DNA of 63,732 bases, the filler included, from Octopus bimaculoides (lineage: Eukaryota): NCBI RefSeq assembly GCF_001194135.2. It is 4 parts of 4 records of this genome, joined end to end, with 100 filler letters (N's around TTAATTAATTAA, not from the genome) between each part and the next. Parts side by side here need not be neighbours in the genome. Positions count along the whole stretch, not along the records: positions 46,804 to 63,732 come from NC_068993.1; 3 more parts are not named here. One strand, 5' to 3'. Shown piece by piece: positions 63,655-63,732 of this stretch. A program made the translations under genes and the position numbers. Every line of letters begins with the position of its first letter. Position 1 is the stretch's first letter. The notes under the pieces are model-generated. The model was not told where the DNA came from. It saw only the letters and a program-made list of their open reading frames with translations, and made no database searches.

Positions 63655-63732
63655 GTATTGATGAAGCATGTAACGTTATCCTTGTGTATCAGAATGGTAA
63701 CAAAGCTTCTTTGTCATGTCATTCAAAATTGA
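63655..63732 (+). CDS. DHDH: DHDH-like exon 5, cut by the window end: (G)IDEACNVILVYQNGNKASLSCHSKL
   Basis: CCTTAG acceptor at 63653-54; phase 1 joins exon 4. Matches [23 protein letters not shown]. The frame is open to the window end. Confidence 0.88.
   Translation, partial: VLMKHVTLSLCIRMVTKLLCHVIQN

Overview
AT-rich, gap-ridden eukaryotic genomic DNA. It is most likely octopus, inferred from remembered repeat families and the microsatellite landscape rather than from a search. Three identical 100-nt spacers (44N-TTAATTAATTAA-44N) split the window into four segments: A 1-13554, B 13655-32373, C 32474-46703 and D 46804-63732. One gene is well supported: a + strand DHDH-like (Gfo/Idh/MocA) gene with five exons (56419 to beyond 63732) and consistent GT-AG phases. 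Against human DHDH as I recall it, the protein aligns without gaps but lacks several catalytic and NADP-binding residues, so it is a candidate pseudoenzyme. A TMEM272-like terminal exon lies at 48098-48315 (+). Several lower-confidence minus-strand exons occur in segments C and D. The rest is tRNA-derived SINEs, RTE, L1/Tx1 and Penelope-like LINE remnants, MITEs, hairpins and microsatellites. Almost all ORFs in the supplied track are microsatellite or N-gap artefacts. There is no rRNA, tRNA gene or CRISPR array.
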